Source of the DNA: Amoebidium appalachense
Taxonomy: Eukaryota > Protista > Ichthyosporea
Assembly: GCA_963693365.1 (NCBI GenBank)
Contig: CAVNZM010000016.1
Coordinates: forward strand, 5,262,543-5,326,542
Direction: 5' to 3'
Length of the DNA stretch: 64,000 nucleotides
The notes beneath the pieces are model-generated. The model ran no database searches, was not told the DNA's origin, and worked only from the letters and a program-made list of their open reading frames with translations. The position numbers were made by a program, and so were the translations under genes. Positions 1 through 20,597 of this stretch are shown here, one piece after another; the first letter of the stretch is position 1, and each line of letters begins with the position of its first letter.

Positions 1-1223
1 CTAGTAACGAACACATATGATTGCTTGAAGGCAGGTGCAAGAATGCTGCATGTGCTTCAAAGCTCAAGTATGATTGGTTCGAGAGAGCTACAAGAATGCT
101 GCACATGCCCTTTTGAACACTCACATATGGCTGGACTATGTGCTTCCCAAACAACCTTCTCCTTTATCGACCCCCCTCCCCCCCCCCCCCCCCCTTTCGC
201 CCCCCTCCTCCCCCACCCAAAAAAAAAAAGATCCCCCCCTCCCCCCCCCCCCCCCCCTCTCCCCCCCTCCTTCCCCCCCCCCCCCCCCCCCCCCCCCCTC
301 CTCCCCCACAAAAAAAAAAAAAAAAAAAGAAAAAGAAACGAACAGGAAAAAAAAAAGGAAAGAGAAAAAAAGAAAAGAAAACCACCCTGTGCAAAACGTG
401 ATGATGATACCTATACTAGAGGCGCCCGATGGAACATGGGGGGCATTATTGACCTGGACATTGGAAGGAAAGAAATCGTTTTGGGGAGGGGGGGAGAGGG
501 GGAAGGGGGGATAGTGCACCAGGCCGGCCAACTTGAGCGGTGCTGCTGCAAACCAATTGACGACCCAAATTGGTAGCGTGAATATGCCCAAGATCAGAAT
601 GGCTGGGGGGGATGGGGGGGGGGGGATTTATGAACAAGTGTGGGTGAGGAAACGAGGAGACCAACTAGAGGAGGGAAGGGGAATGGCAGAGCCTCCTGCC
701 ACCCATTCCCCTTCCCTGTGGTGGTGGGGGGGGGGGGGGATGGTCAAAGCTATGAGTTATTCAAAGTTATACGAGCCACCAAAAAAAGTTGATTTCAATG
801 GCTGGAGTTGCTCAGAGGGTAGGTAACTAGGAGGCAGAAAGGGGGGCAGAAAGGGGGAAGGGAATAGGGGGGGGGGGGGGGGGGGGGGGGGGGGGTGGTG
901 CAGGTTACAAAGTAAGGGGAGAGGGGATTTTGTTTGGTTTTTGTGTGTGTGGGGGGAGGGGGGAAGGGGAGGAGAGTTGTGTTTGTTACAATATGTGGAT
1001 GCGTTTTGCGTGTTTGACTAAGAATTGCTGCTAAATTAGGAGATGGAGCATGTTGGGAACGGACAGAGGGGTAGAGGAAGGGAGGGGGGGGGGGGGGGGA
1101 GGGGGGGAGGGTAGTCAAGTAACACACCTCTTTGAGCCCACGCGCCAACTTGTCTTCTCTGGCCGGCACCGTATGCCTGGGCACACAGCGTATCCATGGC
1201 AGTGGCTGTGCGCGCGTGTGTTT

Positions 1224-1266
<43 letters not shown>

Positions 1267-2347
1267 CGCGCATGCGCGCGTGTGTGTGTGTGTGTGTGTG
1301 TGCGTGCGCGCATGCGCGTGCGTGCGTGCGTGTGTGCGTGTGTTAACCCAATTATGACGTTAAGTGCAACCGTTAGATAACTTTGCAAACGCCAAAGGTT
1401 TAATCTATAGGCGATATCGTTTTATGCAGACATGACGTGTGCCTCCCGCCGGGACCACCACAATCGCAAACCGTATATGATTGTAGATAGGACCAGCCTC
1501 ATTAAATTAGTGATAACAAGTTAAAATCCGTGGTGGGTGTGGCTGTTTCATCTATACATGTGCATGCACATAGAATAAAGGTTATATTTATGTGTACCCA
1601 CTCAGGCTGTAACACAACCCTGGGGGAAAGGATGGGGGGAGGGGGTGGGGAGGGGGAAGGAGGGACTCCGAGGGGGCTCACTTAGACCAATGCCAACCGA
1701 GAAGCCTGTCACGTTCATAAACTACAACGAGGGAAGGTTAGGTTTGCCTGTGTGTTCTGATGCGTGCGTGGGGGGCAAGATGGGTGGGGAGAAGGGGGGG
1801 GGGGGGGGGGGGGGGGGACGGGTGGTTATGGTGGTGGTAGATGGAGGAAAGACAGCTTCCGGGAGTGGTGACATGAAAATTAATCGTTTTTGTTCGCCGC
1901 TTGCTGTCACAGTGGATGCCATTGGGTGGGTATGGGTGTTACTGGGTGTGTGTGGGTCTGTGTGTGGGTGTGGGACGGATGTGTGTGGGACGGATGTGGG
2001 ATGTGGGAAAAGGTGCCGGAGGAGGAGGGGAGTGGGGGACGGGGAGGGGAGAGGGGGAGGGGGGGGGGGGGGAGGGCAGTAAATTGCACGGTTTTACCTG
2101 GGCAGGCAAGAGGAACACCCACACACCAACGCACGCCCCTTCACCCCTCTATAATCCCTCCACTACTGAGGTTTATAGCAGGTACAGCAATGGGCAGAAA
2201 AAGAAACGGAGGCCAAAATTCGTGTAAAGATTTTTTTTATCCCGTCCAGACTTCCCGGAAGTTCAACTCTGGGGATCCGGGCTGGTGCTTCAGTGAACGT
2301 GCTGTGGTGGTCGTGGTGGTGGTAATGGTGGTGGTGGTGGTGGTGGT

Positions 2348-2403
<56 letters not shown>

Positions 2404-3508
2404 GGGGGGGATGTTACCATGGTGCCCATTGCTGCGCCATCCAGATATTCCTTTTTAGGAAGGTGGCCGAGAAATATGGACGTTACTATGGAGGGGAACA
2501 CCTCGAGAATGAAAGTGAGCACCTGCATGTTGAGTGGACGAGATATGACAGGGATGAGATATACCTGGTAAGTTATGTGTTGCTCAACCGTCGACAGCAT
2601 AAGCCTTATGATAGTCACTGAATATCACGCGGAAATTGCAGCATGACTGGACATTAAGACATAATGCCGGAGAGGGTGAACCCATGATGATCGGTCTCCA
2701 GGGCATTATTGTCGTCTGTGGTACATGGGAATAGCACGAGGGCAAGCACCTTGAAAACGTTAAAAATAACATGGCGGTGTCTCGAGTATATCATAGTACT
2801 CAATCGTTATGATGTACAGTACTTGATACTGCGGTTTACCGGCTCATGATTTACTATCATAACCCAAAAAAACTATCAGTGGGAGTTGGAGGTGCGCAGG
2901 TGGGGAGGGCGGGTGGCATGTTCATGTCATGAGTATTTGCAGGCAGAGGGTGTTGGCTTTTGGGGGGGAGGGAGAGGGGGGAGGGGTGGTGGTGGTGGTG
3001 GTGGTGGTGGTGGTGGGTGGGGGGGGGGGGGGGGGGGGGGGGAGGCACTGACCACCGGCCAGGCGAGGGAGCTCAGAGTTTTGAGTTCATGTTTGTACGA
3101 TAGGGGGGTGGAGTCTAGGATGAGGGCATTCTCATCCCTGAAACTGGATGATGTCTCCCTGAGGCTCTCCTAATGAAAGGTCGCACAGGACGGGTGTGTT
3201 TTGGGGGGCAGGGGGAGGGGAGGGGAAGGGGGGGTGAGGGGGGGGGGGGGGGGGGTTAGAAGGAACCACACTCACAGTGAGCGAGGTACACATTCACGAC
3301 GGACAAATTAATGCAGATGTTGCAGAGCATACACGAAGTCTTAAGAGTGTGTCGCATGCTATGACAAGTAGATCAACTCCTCATGATCAGAGGGGCCCTA
3401 AGCCATCCATATTGAACAATAGCATCCGGGGGAAGGGTGAGAGGGAGCTAGAGACGGGGAGATAGGGACTTGAAACCTCCCCCCCCCCCCCCCCCCCCCC
3501 CCGGGGGA

Positions 3509-3542
<34 letters not shown>

Positions 3543-4015
3543 AGATTGCCCGACTGCACCAGCCCCTCCCCCTCCTCCCCCCCCACCCCGCCCCCCACCC
3601 TTCCTCCCCCCCCTCTCCCCAACCAAAAAAAAGAAAACATGCACTGTCAGCTTAGTGGAGTATGCATCCCTTGAAAAGCCACCCATTCACTTCAAGCACC
3701 TTTGCCCGCCGCAGTGACGCAGTAAAACAACACAATTAACTCAGAGAATGACAGCATTTACGTACAGCGTCACGTCCTCCCCCCCCCCCCCCCCCCCCTC
3801 CCCCCCGGCCCCCCTGCTTCTTGGCACCAGGTGATTCGAAACATGCGGCTGCTCACTGTGACGGTGCCACAGATTGTGAATATCATAAGTTAATACCACA
3901 CACCGCGACTGGTGGACACAAACACAGACAAACGCACACACACGCACACGACACATGCAACACACACACACACACCCTGTGACACTGACGTGACACAATT
4001 GACAAACACACAGTA

Positions 4016-4050
<35 letters not shown>

Positions 4051-4241
4051 CGTAACATACATACACACACACACCGTGACACACACACACACGCACACAC
4101 GCACACACACACACACACACACACCGTAACATCGTGACACACACACACACACCGGTGATACATACACGCACACACCCTCACACACACACACACACACCCA
4201 CACACACAAACACACACGCACACACACACACACACACGCAC

Positions 4242-4277
<36 letters not shown>

Positions 4278-4367
4278 TCTAAGCTCACAACCTTGTCAAA
4301 CAGAGTCACGTACCCACAGTCACGTGCCGTGTATATACACACACACACATGATATGCATTATGATAG

Positions 4368-4414
<47 letters not shown>

Positions 4415-4974
4415 GCCACACACGCACGGGCCGTGACACGCCGTGACACACCGTTACACACAGTCTCACAACAAATCGGAGTCACCGTCCACAGTGTGTA
4501 CACACTATGGCACACACACGTGCACACTGACATGGTCACACACACACACACACTGTGACACACACACCCACACACACACCCACCCACCCACCCACCCACA
4601 CACACACACACCGTGGCACACACAAATTCAGAACATATTAATGAACACATGTACACACACCCGCCGCGCGCGCACAAGCACATGTTCACTACCGTGACAC
4701 ATGCACATGCACATACACACCCACACTGGCACCGTACAAACACACAGACACACACACACACTGTGACACACACACAGACATGCACAAACATGCACACACA
4801 CACACACACGTGACAGTCACCGTGCACACACATTCCCTACCATAGCGGCGTTCGCACACACGTGCCCGTCCCCCTCCCCTCCCCCTCCCCCCTTTGCCCC
4901 ACACCCACCAACCCACATGCACCCAATCCACACATGCACACACACTGTGACATAAACACGGACACACACACACA

Positions 4975-5006
<32 letters not shown>

Positions 5007-5019
5007 CACACACACATGT

Positions 5020-5088
<69 letters not shown>

Positions 5089-5185
5089 GCGCGCGCACAC
5101 ACACACACACCTCTGCCTGGGGCGGGATAATGACCACGTCCGCCTGGGGCGGGAATGTGTTGTCCACGTCTTTGAGTTTTTCCAT
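1..5185 (-). CDS. MATE (SLC47/DTX-like) efflux transporter, 5' part; continues off the left edge
   Basis: GT-AG exons in consistent phase: 5185-5111 (MEKLKDVD...PQAE), 3169-3053 (...[15 protein letters not shown]), 2522-2418 ([35 protein letters not shown]), 1721-1682 ([13 protein letters not shown]), 1205-1128 ([25 protein letters not shown]), 602-520 ([27 protein letters not shown]). NVTGFS and DTLCxQAYGA are eukaryotic MATE signatures. Confidence 0.9.
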
Positions 5186-5559
5186 GATTCCACTGCAGCC
5201 ACACAGAATACATGACATTGTTAGGCAATGGCTCGGAGTATGCAATATATTCGAGATAATTTACGGTAGAAATTTCAATTTGAGATTCAACGGTTTACGA
5301 CACTTGTCTTTTGGATGCAAGCAATAAATTCAAGTCAAAAAATATATGAACAATGGGGGTCCTCCTCCTCGGTACGGGAAAAAAAAAAACATGCTGAGAT
5401 TCAAACGTTATGATGACGCCAACACGGGGGGTGGACAGAGCGGTTTCCAACATCAGGTTGGACATCGATGATCAAGACGAAGCCCATGGCCCACACCGTG
5501 TGACTCTCGCCCGGGACCAGTGCGAACACTCCGTGACTTACCAGTCTGAGCTGGCATAA

Positions 5560-6345
5560 GCCGCTGAGCAGACAGCAAGGGATGGCCAGGTACGATCACG
5601 TGCACAGTACTTGTGAAACACGTGATAACGGACGCTGAGTGTGGTGACAGCGGACGGTCGGAGAAAAAAATTAATGCCTTATACGAAGTGTGCTACTGAC
5701 TGTAGCCTTGAACTCTCCTGCAAGCTTTGATGTTCAGGCTAAAAAATTCATTCGCCTGGAGCTGAGCGGCGCTGGGAAGGTGGAATGAAGATGGTATGTG
5801 CTGTTTATCGGCCTAGGCATTTCTACAGGCATTTCTGGTTAAAATTTTAGGCTTGCACAGCTCGGTAGGGGGTTTACCTGTGAGACAATTACGAATCGCG
5901 CGCACCAGCTCGTAGAACAGGTGCGAAGCGGTTACCTTGGCAGGGTTTAAATTTACTGCGACATGTACACCAACGACACATGATACGTCAGCGTATGGGC
6001 CTTTTCCGAGGCGCTTAATTGCTGATGGCCATCGATCTTCATACAGGGAAATTATTATAAGGCTAGCTCGGCCCGGATGGTGGTGTCTAAATGGTTAGAG
6101 TAATAAGACTTTCTGCCCAAAAAGTAGCCACTCCAAGTGCTCCTATCTATAGCGATTGAATATCATGATACGCTGAACTTGTTGTCGCATTCCGATGATG
6201 ATCACGCGTAGCTCTGAAGACCAGCGGCTGGTGCTGAGCTCGAGAGTAGAGTCGACACTCGAGAGGGCCGTAATCAGACCAGTGAATCAGATTCCTGGCT
6301 TGCGCAAGGGGATAGCTGATCTGATCATGTTCAATATTCCTACTT
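5560..6345 (+). repeat. Old diverged dispersed repeat or decayed coding element (family B), copy 1
   Basis: Collinear blocks shared with the reverse complement of 17240-17367 plus 18511-19340, e.g. gagaaaaaa..tgccttatacgaag, ggctaaaaaa, gctgtttatc..cctagg, aatatcatgata, gttgtcgcat.ccgatg. Many stops and frameshifts. Confidence 0.55.
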
Positions 6346-6350
6346 TTTTT

Positions 6351-7191
<841 letters not shown>

Positions 7192-8296
7192 TTACTGTTC
7201 TATTACTGCCATCACTGATGATGACGCTATTTCAATCTTACTAAAATGTCTTCAGGCCTACAAAACTTTGTACTAGGCCTGAGTTGACCCAAATGGCACA
7301 AGGGTATATATATGAGTCCTGTTAATCGATGTGTGATAGACTTCAAGTGAGTCCGAGCTGTGGGTCGGCGCCCTCGTCTAGCACGGTGTGGCCATGCTAG
7401 TCACTTTCTGAGTGCTGTCTCCCTGCGGCTCTCAAACATACCTTGTAGGTTCCGGACCCTGGGGTCACTCGCAAAGGCCAACTGGTAGTGCCCGGCCACT
7501 TACGTAAGTAAGTGGGTACAAAGCCATGCAGGCTATAGTATAAATGTACACGAGCTCGCACCCATGCATGGTTTCCCAAAATATGCCATTGTCCATGTAC
7601 TGTTGGCCTTGGTGCGGCGGCGGATGACTCCTCATCACAGCTCACATACATGCCGTTTTGAAACTGCACACTACTAAGGAACTTCCCTCCACTGCCGCCT
7701 TCCCAGTGACATAACTGAAAGCAAACATTTTCATCGGATTATTTTGGAATTTTGTTTTACATTCCAAAGTCCACAAGTATTTCAAAGTTTATTTGGCCAA
7801 TCGCTGGGCGGCTTTTTTAGCCGAGCCCTATAGCTATGAAATAGCTCCTCCCGTTTGAACTCCCGTTACACATGTCATTTCGCAGGGCGATAGGTCTGCA
7901 TATGTATGTAAGGCACACGCGGTCCATTCAGAGTGAGCGAGTCTCTGAATGCCTGGGGGTTCTTATACTCAGGGACGGTCAGTCGCTAATATTAGCTCCA
8001 AGGTTTCGGATCATGTTCTGGCCGCGGATCGGGTTCATCCGCGACCAGAAACGACCTTCGTCCAGATGCCATGTCCAATGATATCTATGGGTGGGTGGGT
8101 GGGTGGGCGGGGGGAGGGGGGGAGGGGGGGGGGGGGGGGAGGGGGGGGATGTGCTGTTTATTAGGTGAGCTGTGATGAGTTGTCGGCACCAAGGCCAACA
8201 GTACTTCCAACCAACAAGATATACATACACACACACACACACACATGTGCGCGCGCATGCGAACCGCAAACAAGCAGCTACATGCCCCCCTCCTTC

Positions 8297-8348
<52 letters not shown>

Positions 8349-8753
8349 TCCTGCCTGCCCCCTTCGCCCAAGCTCCCTCTTCCGCCAACTCAACCACTCA
8401 TCCCATCCCCTTGCCATCACTACCACCATCATTTACACCATCTGTCCATTATATCTACACACACATATCTCCACGCCCACCTATATCCTCTTTACCTCCC
8501 CTACAAAACCCTTATCGACACCATTTTATAAAACTTTGAAAGGCACCAACGATAACCTGCATGTGCACACACACACACACCATTATACAAAACCACACGA
8601 CACATATATTTGCTGATAAACATACACACAGACACACACAGGCAAACCCAAGCAAAAATCACTCCTTGATAAACACACAAGCACACACGAACGGCCTGGA
8701 CTAGGAATAAACGAAACCAGGACACACACCATCGAACACAGACGTCCATGTTA

Positions 8754-8785
<32 letters not shown>

Positions 8786-9378
8786 CCTCCCCCTCCCCCC
8801 CCCCCCCCCCCCCCCGCCCGCGTCCCATCCCATCCCACCACCCCAAACACCCACGCACAACACACACACGTGTTTGCTCAAAACACCCACACAACACACA
8901 CGCGTGTTTGCTCAAAACACCTACGTGTCCTTTTGTGCATACTTACGCAGTGTCCAAGATGTCTCACAACTTGTGAAAACAACACACACATATCATTTAT
9001 CACAGAGAGGTTCTCACAAAATCTACCTCCCCCCCCCCCCCCCCCCCCCCTCTCCCCATCTCGCCGCCCTCCCTTAAACTAACGACCGCCTCTGCCAATT
9101 TAGCCGACTGTGCGACGAGCCACATTGGTCACGTCATTCATTAACAAATGTCACGAAGCCGTTTTGGCGCTTAGCTTTAAAAAAACCCTAAAATATATGT
9201 TGGCATTGGCAATGTGACATGACATTATAACGTCTCTTGATTGGTGCAAGACATCTTAGAAGTGTGGCTCTCGGCTGCTCACCGCCCCAAACGTCAAAAT
9301 GATAGAAGCGGTGGTTGGTTTAAGAAATTTAGAAGAAAAATTAAAGATGCAAGCAATTTCCTGTGAGTGCACACGTAC

Positions 9379-15354
<5,976 letters not shown>

Positions 15355-15836
15355 AGTGGCTGTAGGTTTTATTTGTGGAATTTATTGACATGAATATTTT
15401 TCTGGGTAAACACGTAGGATGGGTGTTCAGTATCGACATATACATGTAGGCTTCGTTTCGTGTTTTAGCAGCTTGCAGTTGGCTGCCCGCACACGGGCAC
15501 CTATTAGCCAATCAAAACGTCAGATTCCACATATCCTTAGACCGATCGCGATTTTGATTGGCTCGGATCAGATTTCACATATCACTAGATCGATTCTGAT
15601 TGGCTCGGATCGGTAGGCTTAGGTATATAAGCACGACAGTTTTTAGCAGATCAGCAAGCTACAAACACATCTTCTGTGTTGAGCACCTACAGCCCTTACC
15701 GCTATATTTCTTTTCACCCACCCACCTACACCCACACTCAATCCCCATTGATCCACACATACGTGCTGTTTTTTCACGGGGCGAAGACTTCCCCCGTTTT
15801 TTGGGCACAAGGAACTCACGGATCAATAAATTGATG

Positions 15837-15932
15837 ACTGGGGGCTTGCCGTGGTTTACAACCATTGCAGGTTCACTTTCGTCCAAGGGGATGTTCCCCT
15901 AGAGGCAACACACGTCCCGGAGTAGTTTTCAT
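15837..15932 (-). repeat. ~96 bp dispersed repeat (family C), copy 1; possible retroposon 3' tail
   Basis: Almost identical reverse complement of 33989-34084. Confidence 0.75.
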
Positions 15933-15962
15933 GGAACCTGTGGTTGTGTGAGTGTGATTATA

Positions 15963-16057
<95 letters not shown>

Positions 16058-16212
16058 TGTGTGTCACGGTGTGTGTTTGTACTGTTGGGGGATGTGTACG
16101 GGAGGAGAAAGTGGAGTCGGTAGGTGTACGGTGGACAATCACGAAGGTCAGCGGAAGAAAAGGTGAGTAAGCCTTGTGTCGGGTAAAAGAGGAAACGTGT
16201 GAGCGACCGCGT

Positions 16213-16243
<31 letters not shown>

Positions 16244-16544
16244 TAAAGAGTAAAAGATGGGTGGTCAGATTGGGATAGAAGGAAGAAGTTGCCAAGGGTA
16301 GTGAAGCTGGGTAGTGAGTGCACGCGTTTGTGAATGTGAGTGTGCGTATGCATGCGCGTATTTGCGTGCTCCCTCTCTCTATGCATGTGTGTGTGGATGT
16401 GTTTGTGTGAGTTCGCCCGTTCTGTGAATATGCCTGTGTGCGTGGGTGTGCGTGTATGTCCGCAAGTGCGCCAGCATATGTGCCCCCAGCTGTGCGTGTA
16501 CGATCAAGTTTAACGGAGCGAGATAAGTTATAAGGCACACCTTC

Positions 16545-16870
16545 GGTTTTGGGATGACGATGACAAAAGTTCTTGAACCAACCCCTTGAAGCCTTGACAC
16601 TTGAACTCGCCTTCAGCCTGATCCCATGGCTGAGTGCCGCTGGCAGTTCTTGAACCAACCCCTTGAAGCCTTGAGCTCGCCTTCAGATATCACAATCCCC
16701 TGGCTGTGTGCCAGCGCCTGAGCCTAGGCCTGCCTGCGGGTGTCTGCCCCTCTGTAGTTCAAACCCCTGCCCCTCCTGTGATAGACCACCCACACGTAAA
16801 CAGCTTTTTCCAAAACAAGAAATTTGGGTGAGCGATTAATGTGTGCCTTAGACGAAACTTTCTTTGAAAA
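16545..16870 (-). mobile_element. pogo/Tigger-like (CENP-B HTH) DNA transposase remnant
   Basis: Reverse strand reads ...KFLVLEKAVYVWV... then AQALAHSQGIVISEGELKASRGWFKN; KASRGWF is typical of the Tc5/CENP-B HTH. The motif is locally duplicated; stop and frameshift present. Confidence 0.7.
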
Positions 16871-17239
16871 GTTACACCGTAACCTTAAGAGAGTCTAGTA
16901 ATTTTACCAGCTCAGTGTTATTTTGTTGACATAGGTGTAAGTGATAGCCGTTTTGCTCACCTTGGCAACCCAAACGAAAGCCCTGCTGTCAAGTTCCGAA
17001 CTTTATTAGTACTTGCGCGTGCTCTTCATTTTTCAGGTAGCGCGCTTTCCCCTTCCCTTTTCTCACCCTTGTTCACTTGGTTCCCTCTTTTTCTTGTTTT
17101 TACCTCCCCATAACCGTAGTACTCTTACTTTGCAAGGAGGTTTTCGTTTTTGTTTTCCGCTCGAATCGTTCAAAAAGACTAAATAAGGTAATGGCGGGAA
17201 GAGGTTAATTTAAAACTCAGTCCTGAGGGCAGGGTATAT

Positions 17240-17598
17240 AATGGATATTGCACTACCTATCATGATCACGGCCCACGAGAGCTCTGTCCCACGCGTGTTC
17301 ACATCCGCTAGTCTAGTAGGCCCTCCGTGATCACCATGGTGCATCGGATGCGACAACAGATAGCTGTGGGGGTTTACGCTGTTTACTCAAGGCATAGAGA
17401 GACCAGTCTCAGGTATGGGGGGTTTTTGCTCGGAATATCCCCTCAGCGGTGTATCATGATCACGTACGTAGATGTCGGGTGATGATTATATATCAGGGTT
17501 TACTTTCTCTATGAGTCACCATAAAGACTAAGAAAAAATCAATTAGGTGGGGTTCCCCATTTTTTTTTCGGGCTCCCCTGGGACACTCGGTACCAGCT

Positions 17599-17683
<85 letters not shown>

Positions 17684-19340
17684 GTGCTAGAGTTTTGTAA
17701 TGATGTGTTTCTCAAGCCAATCAATACATCTAATAGACAGGTCGTAGTTACGAGTGTTTAGTATAAAGTCAAGGATGTTGTAATTTTCAGGTAGGCTATC
17801 TTTCTGGGTGTCTGTTGTGAATGTGACGTGTGTGTGTTGCGGTATTATGTGGTCTATCAAACTACATTTGGCGATACATGACCGTTTAAACTGGTGTGTG
17901 TGTGTGTGTGTTGTTTGGGCATGCAAACGATGCCACCTTATACTTATTACATCTCCACTGCATAGCACGTGTACAGTAAAAGCGTGGTATGTAATCAATA
18001 ATACCATCAGCTAGAGAAAGACCAATCCTACAGGAAGGTAATATGTATTTAGGTGTTACACATTTGCGAGTGCCATATTTGGTAATATGGTTAAGGCGGT
18101 CATTATATATAAAACGAGACATAATAAGGCGTAGTTTTTCAAGGTGTATGCTTTCATTGGGTCTGGTGTTGTGTGGTATCTTTTTCCATTTGTTATATTG
18201 CGTAATTATCTTGTGATTGTGTACATGTCTAATAAGTAAGTGGCAGTCCAAAGTCACACGCACACTTTTGCGGGGTTTATTTGTATTTGTGCCCGGGGGA
18301 AAAGGAGAGAGAGAGGGAAGGAGAGCGGGGAGAGGTGAGGAGGGAACAGGTCGGATAGAGAAGAGAGGGTGGGAGGGCAAATACTTCTTTAAGCGGCTTA
18401 TGTGCTTTTTTAATTTCAGCGCGAGATGGGATACTCTAGCAGCTATTGGGACCAGACCATATATCGAGAGCGTTACAGGCCCAGGTTTACAACAGTTGTT
18501 ACAAAGGAGTTGTAAGATAGCTGTCAGTATGATGTAATATCATGATATTTAGGCAGCAAGTAGCGCTACTCAGTTTGGGTAGAAAGAAACTAATTATCAA
18601 ACCATTCAGAAAGCATCCTCCGAAGCCTTGTAATAATTATCCTGCTACAGTCACTATCTATGATGTGTCGTACGTCTGGGACATGACATGTCGATCACAT
18701 TCACGGTAGACCGTCGACATGCACATACCTACCCGATCCAAAATTTTAAACCAGATTCTCCAGATATGCCAGCATCATGGCACATGTTCCCCAATCACCA
18801 AAAAAAACGCCATGCGCCTGTTGTGGCAGGTTGCGAACCTTTTATGGTTAACAATGAGTTTTGTGGAATGTGGTGGGGCCCTGAGTTGGCCACCAACCCT
18901 CGACTTGGTCAGCGAGTCACCACGCCGCCTCACAATATACAGGTATATTCCTAGGCCATTAGTTAGTAAACATGTAAAACCTTGTGGGACATGCTTTAGA
19001 AGAAGCGCCGCTCGTGTTTTTAAAGGTGATATCATCGTTATAAAGTCGACATACTAGTTAAAAAAAAAAAAGTTGGAGTGATTTTATGGCGACATTTTTG
19101 CATGCCCATGAGATGATTTGTGGCGACAATCAAATTGCCGTGTCCGACAATACCTAGGATGATAAACAGCGCATTCCAAGTATATTCTGCACATTCCATT
19201 TCCGCCTTCAGAAGTGGGTTTTTTAGCCACAACATTTCCAAGGGACCTTCATATGAGGCATTTTTTCTCACCGCCCGTTGTTACGACATGGCTCATCACG
19301 ACCCCTTACCGTGTGTGAGGATCATTCTGCGTGAACACTG
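17240..19340 (-). repeat. Family B copy 2, interrupted by LINE copy 2
   Basis: Similarity to 5560-6345 resumes on both sides of the LINE insertion. Confidence 0.5.
17368..18510 (-). mobile_element. 5'-truncated LINE family A, copy 2, with ~10 bp target-site duplication
   Basis: Reverse complement of 58250-59406; agatagctgt occurs just outside both ends (~17358-17367 and ~18515-18524). Confidence 0.8.
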
Positions 19341-19854
19341 GGCCACTAGCCCGGGCCCGTAGCAGCTAATAGTATCTGTTGGATCAGTGCACATGAGACA
19401 CGCGTACGTGTCAAAATATCTGCACACGTCATCATGGTCTTAGCCTGCTATCAGAAGTTCGTTTTATTTTCAACGGTTTGAATCCCTGTGTGTATCTTCT
19501 GTTGTGCTCTGTGTTTTCTGTATTCATGTCATAGCATGTATCTCGCGTGTTTGTGCTTCACACGGTCACTGATAAGGAATGTTGTTTATCTTGGTATGTA
19601 TCATGGTTGTTTCTCAAAAGTCGATTCCGATTGGTCCTTTTGAGAACTCTATATTTGCCTTTAGCGTAGTGTCACAGTCTTTGATTTCGACAAGCAGAAA
19701 ATTTATAATTATGTTTCTGTAGAGGAATATTATATATATTTGGAACCGTATTTTGAGAAAAATAGTTTTAGAAATGAGAAATGTTGCGAACAATGAAGTT
19801 CAACTAGTATGTGTACACCTACAATTTTACCCTGCGGTTAAAAGAAATTTATAT

Positions 19855-19884
19855 TCTTTGCCTCGAGTAAACAGCGTAAACCCC
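19855..19884 (+). mobile_element. 30-bp extreme 3' tail of LINE family A
   Basis: tctttgcctcgagtaaacagcgtaaacccc, identical to the family A end; flanked by the imperfect direct repeat aaatttatat / aaattatat. Confidence 0.65.
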
Positions 19885-20099
19885 AAATTATATCAGTGTC
19901 CGAGAAACCTTCGTGTGTCCGCTGTGTATATCACAACACCATGGCATGTGCAGTTGCACTCTGACTTTCAGGCACCATAGAAATGCTTGAGCTAACGTTA
20001 ACCCCCCCCCCCCCCCCCCCCCTCCTTCCCCCCTCCTCCCCTCCCCTCTGGGGGTGGGGACCCCACCGTTCACTAGGCCCTGTGACCCCCACTCCCCCC

Positions 20100-20130
<31 letters not shown>

Positions 20131-20597
20131 CCCCACCCGAATATCTTTTTCGCGATCTTACAAGATTAGGCAGGTCGGCGATTTACTTAGTATGTTTGAC
20201 TTGTGTTTGATAACAATAAAGGTGTCTAATGCCGACTAGAGCTCACGCCTGCCAGTGCATGCGCACGTGTACCATTTATGACACCACGGCGACGGACCTC
20301 AAGTCTTCAACCAACCAGATCGTCTCAGCATGATTCCCAACCCGGGCCCAGGCTGTACAGCCGCTCAAAGCTTTGTTTTGGCTTTTAATTTTAGCCCTTC
20401 AACACCGTGACACGTATTGTATATAAACGCCCACGACACTGTTCTTCTACCCTCACAAAACTACAAGTTGTTGTGGAATCCTCTGGCCAAAGCCCGAAAC
20501 TACATCCTGCTCCCAGAATCTACGAGATTGTTCATCTTCTCAGCGACGTGACTGTCCGACCTTACCTGTGCTCCTATTTTGTGACATCCTTGGCAAC

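Noticed and set aside
3741-5245. Long ORFs of (CV)n, (HT)n, poly-P or poly-G here and across the window
   Set aside because: Translations of intronic microsatellites and homopolymers that lack stops by construction.
9256-9378. IACIFNFSSK... as the SPR VVNISS/YxxxK exon
   Set aside because: No YxxxK, early stop and AT-rich composition; the resemblance is probably chance.
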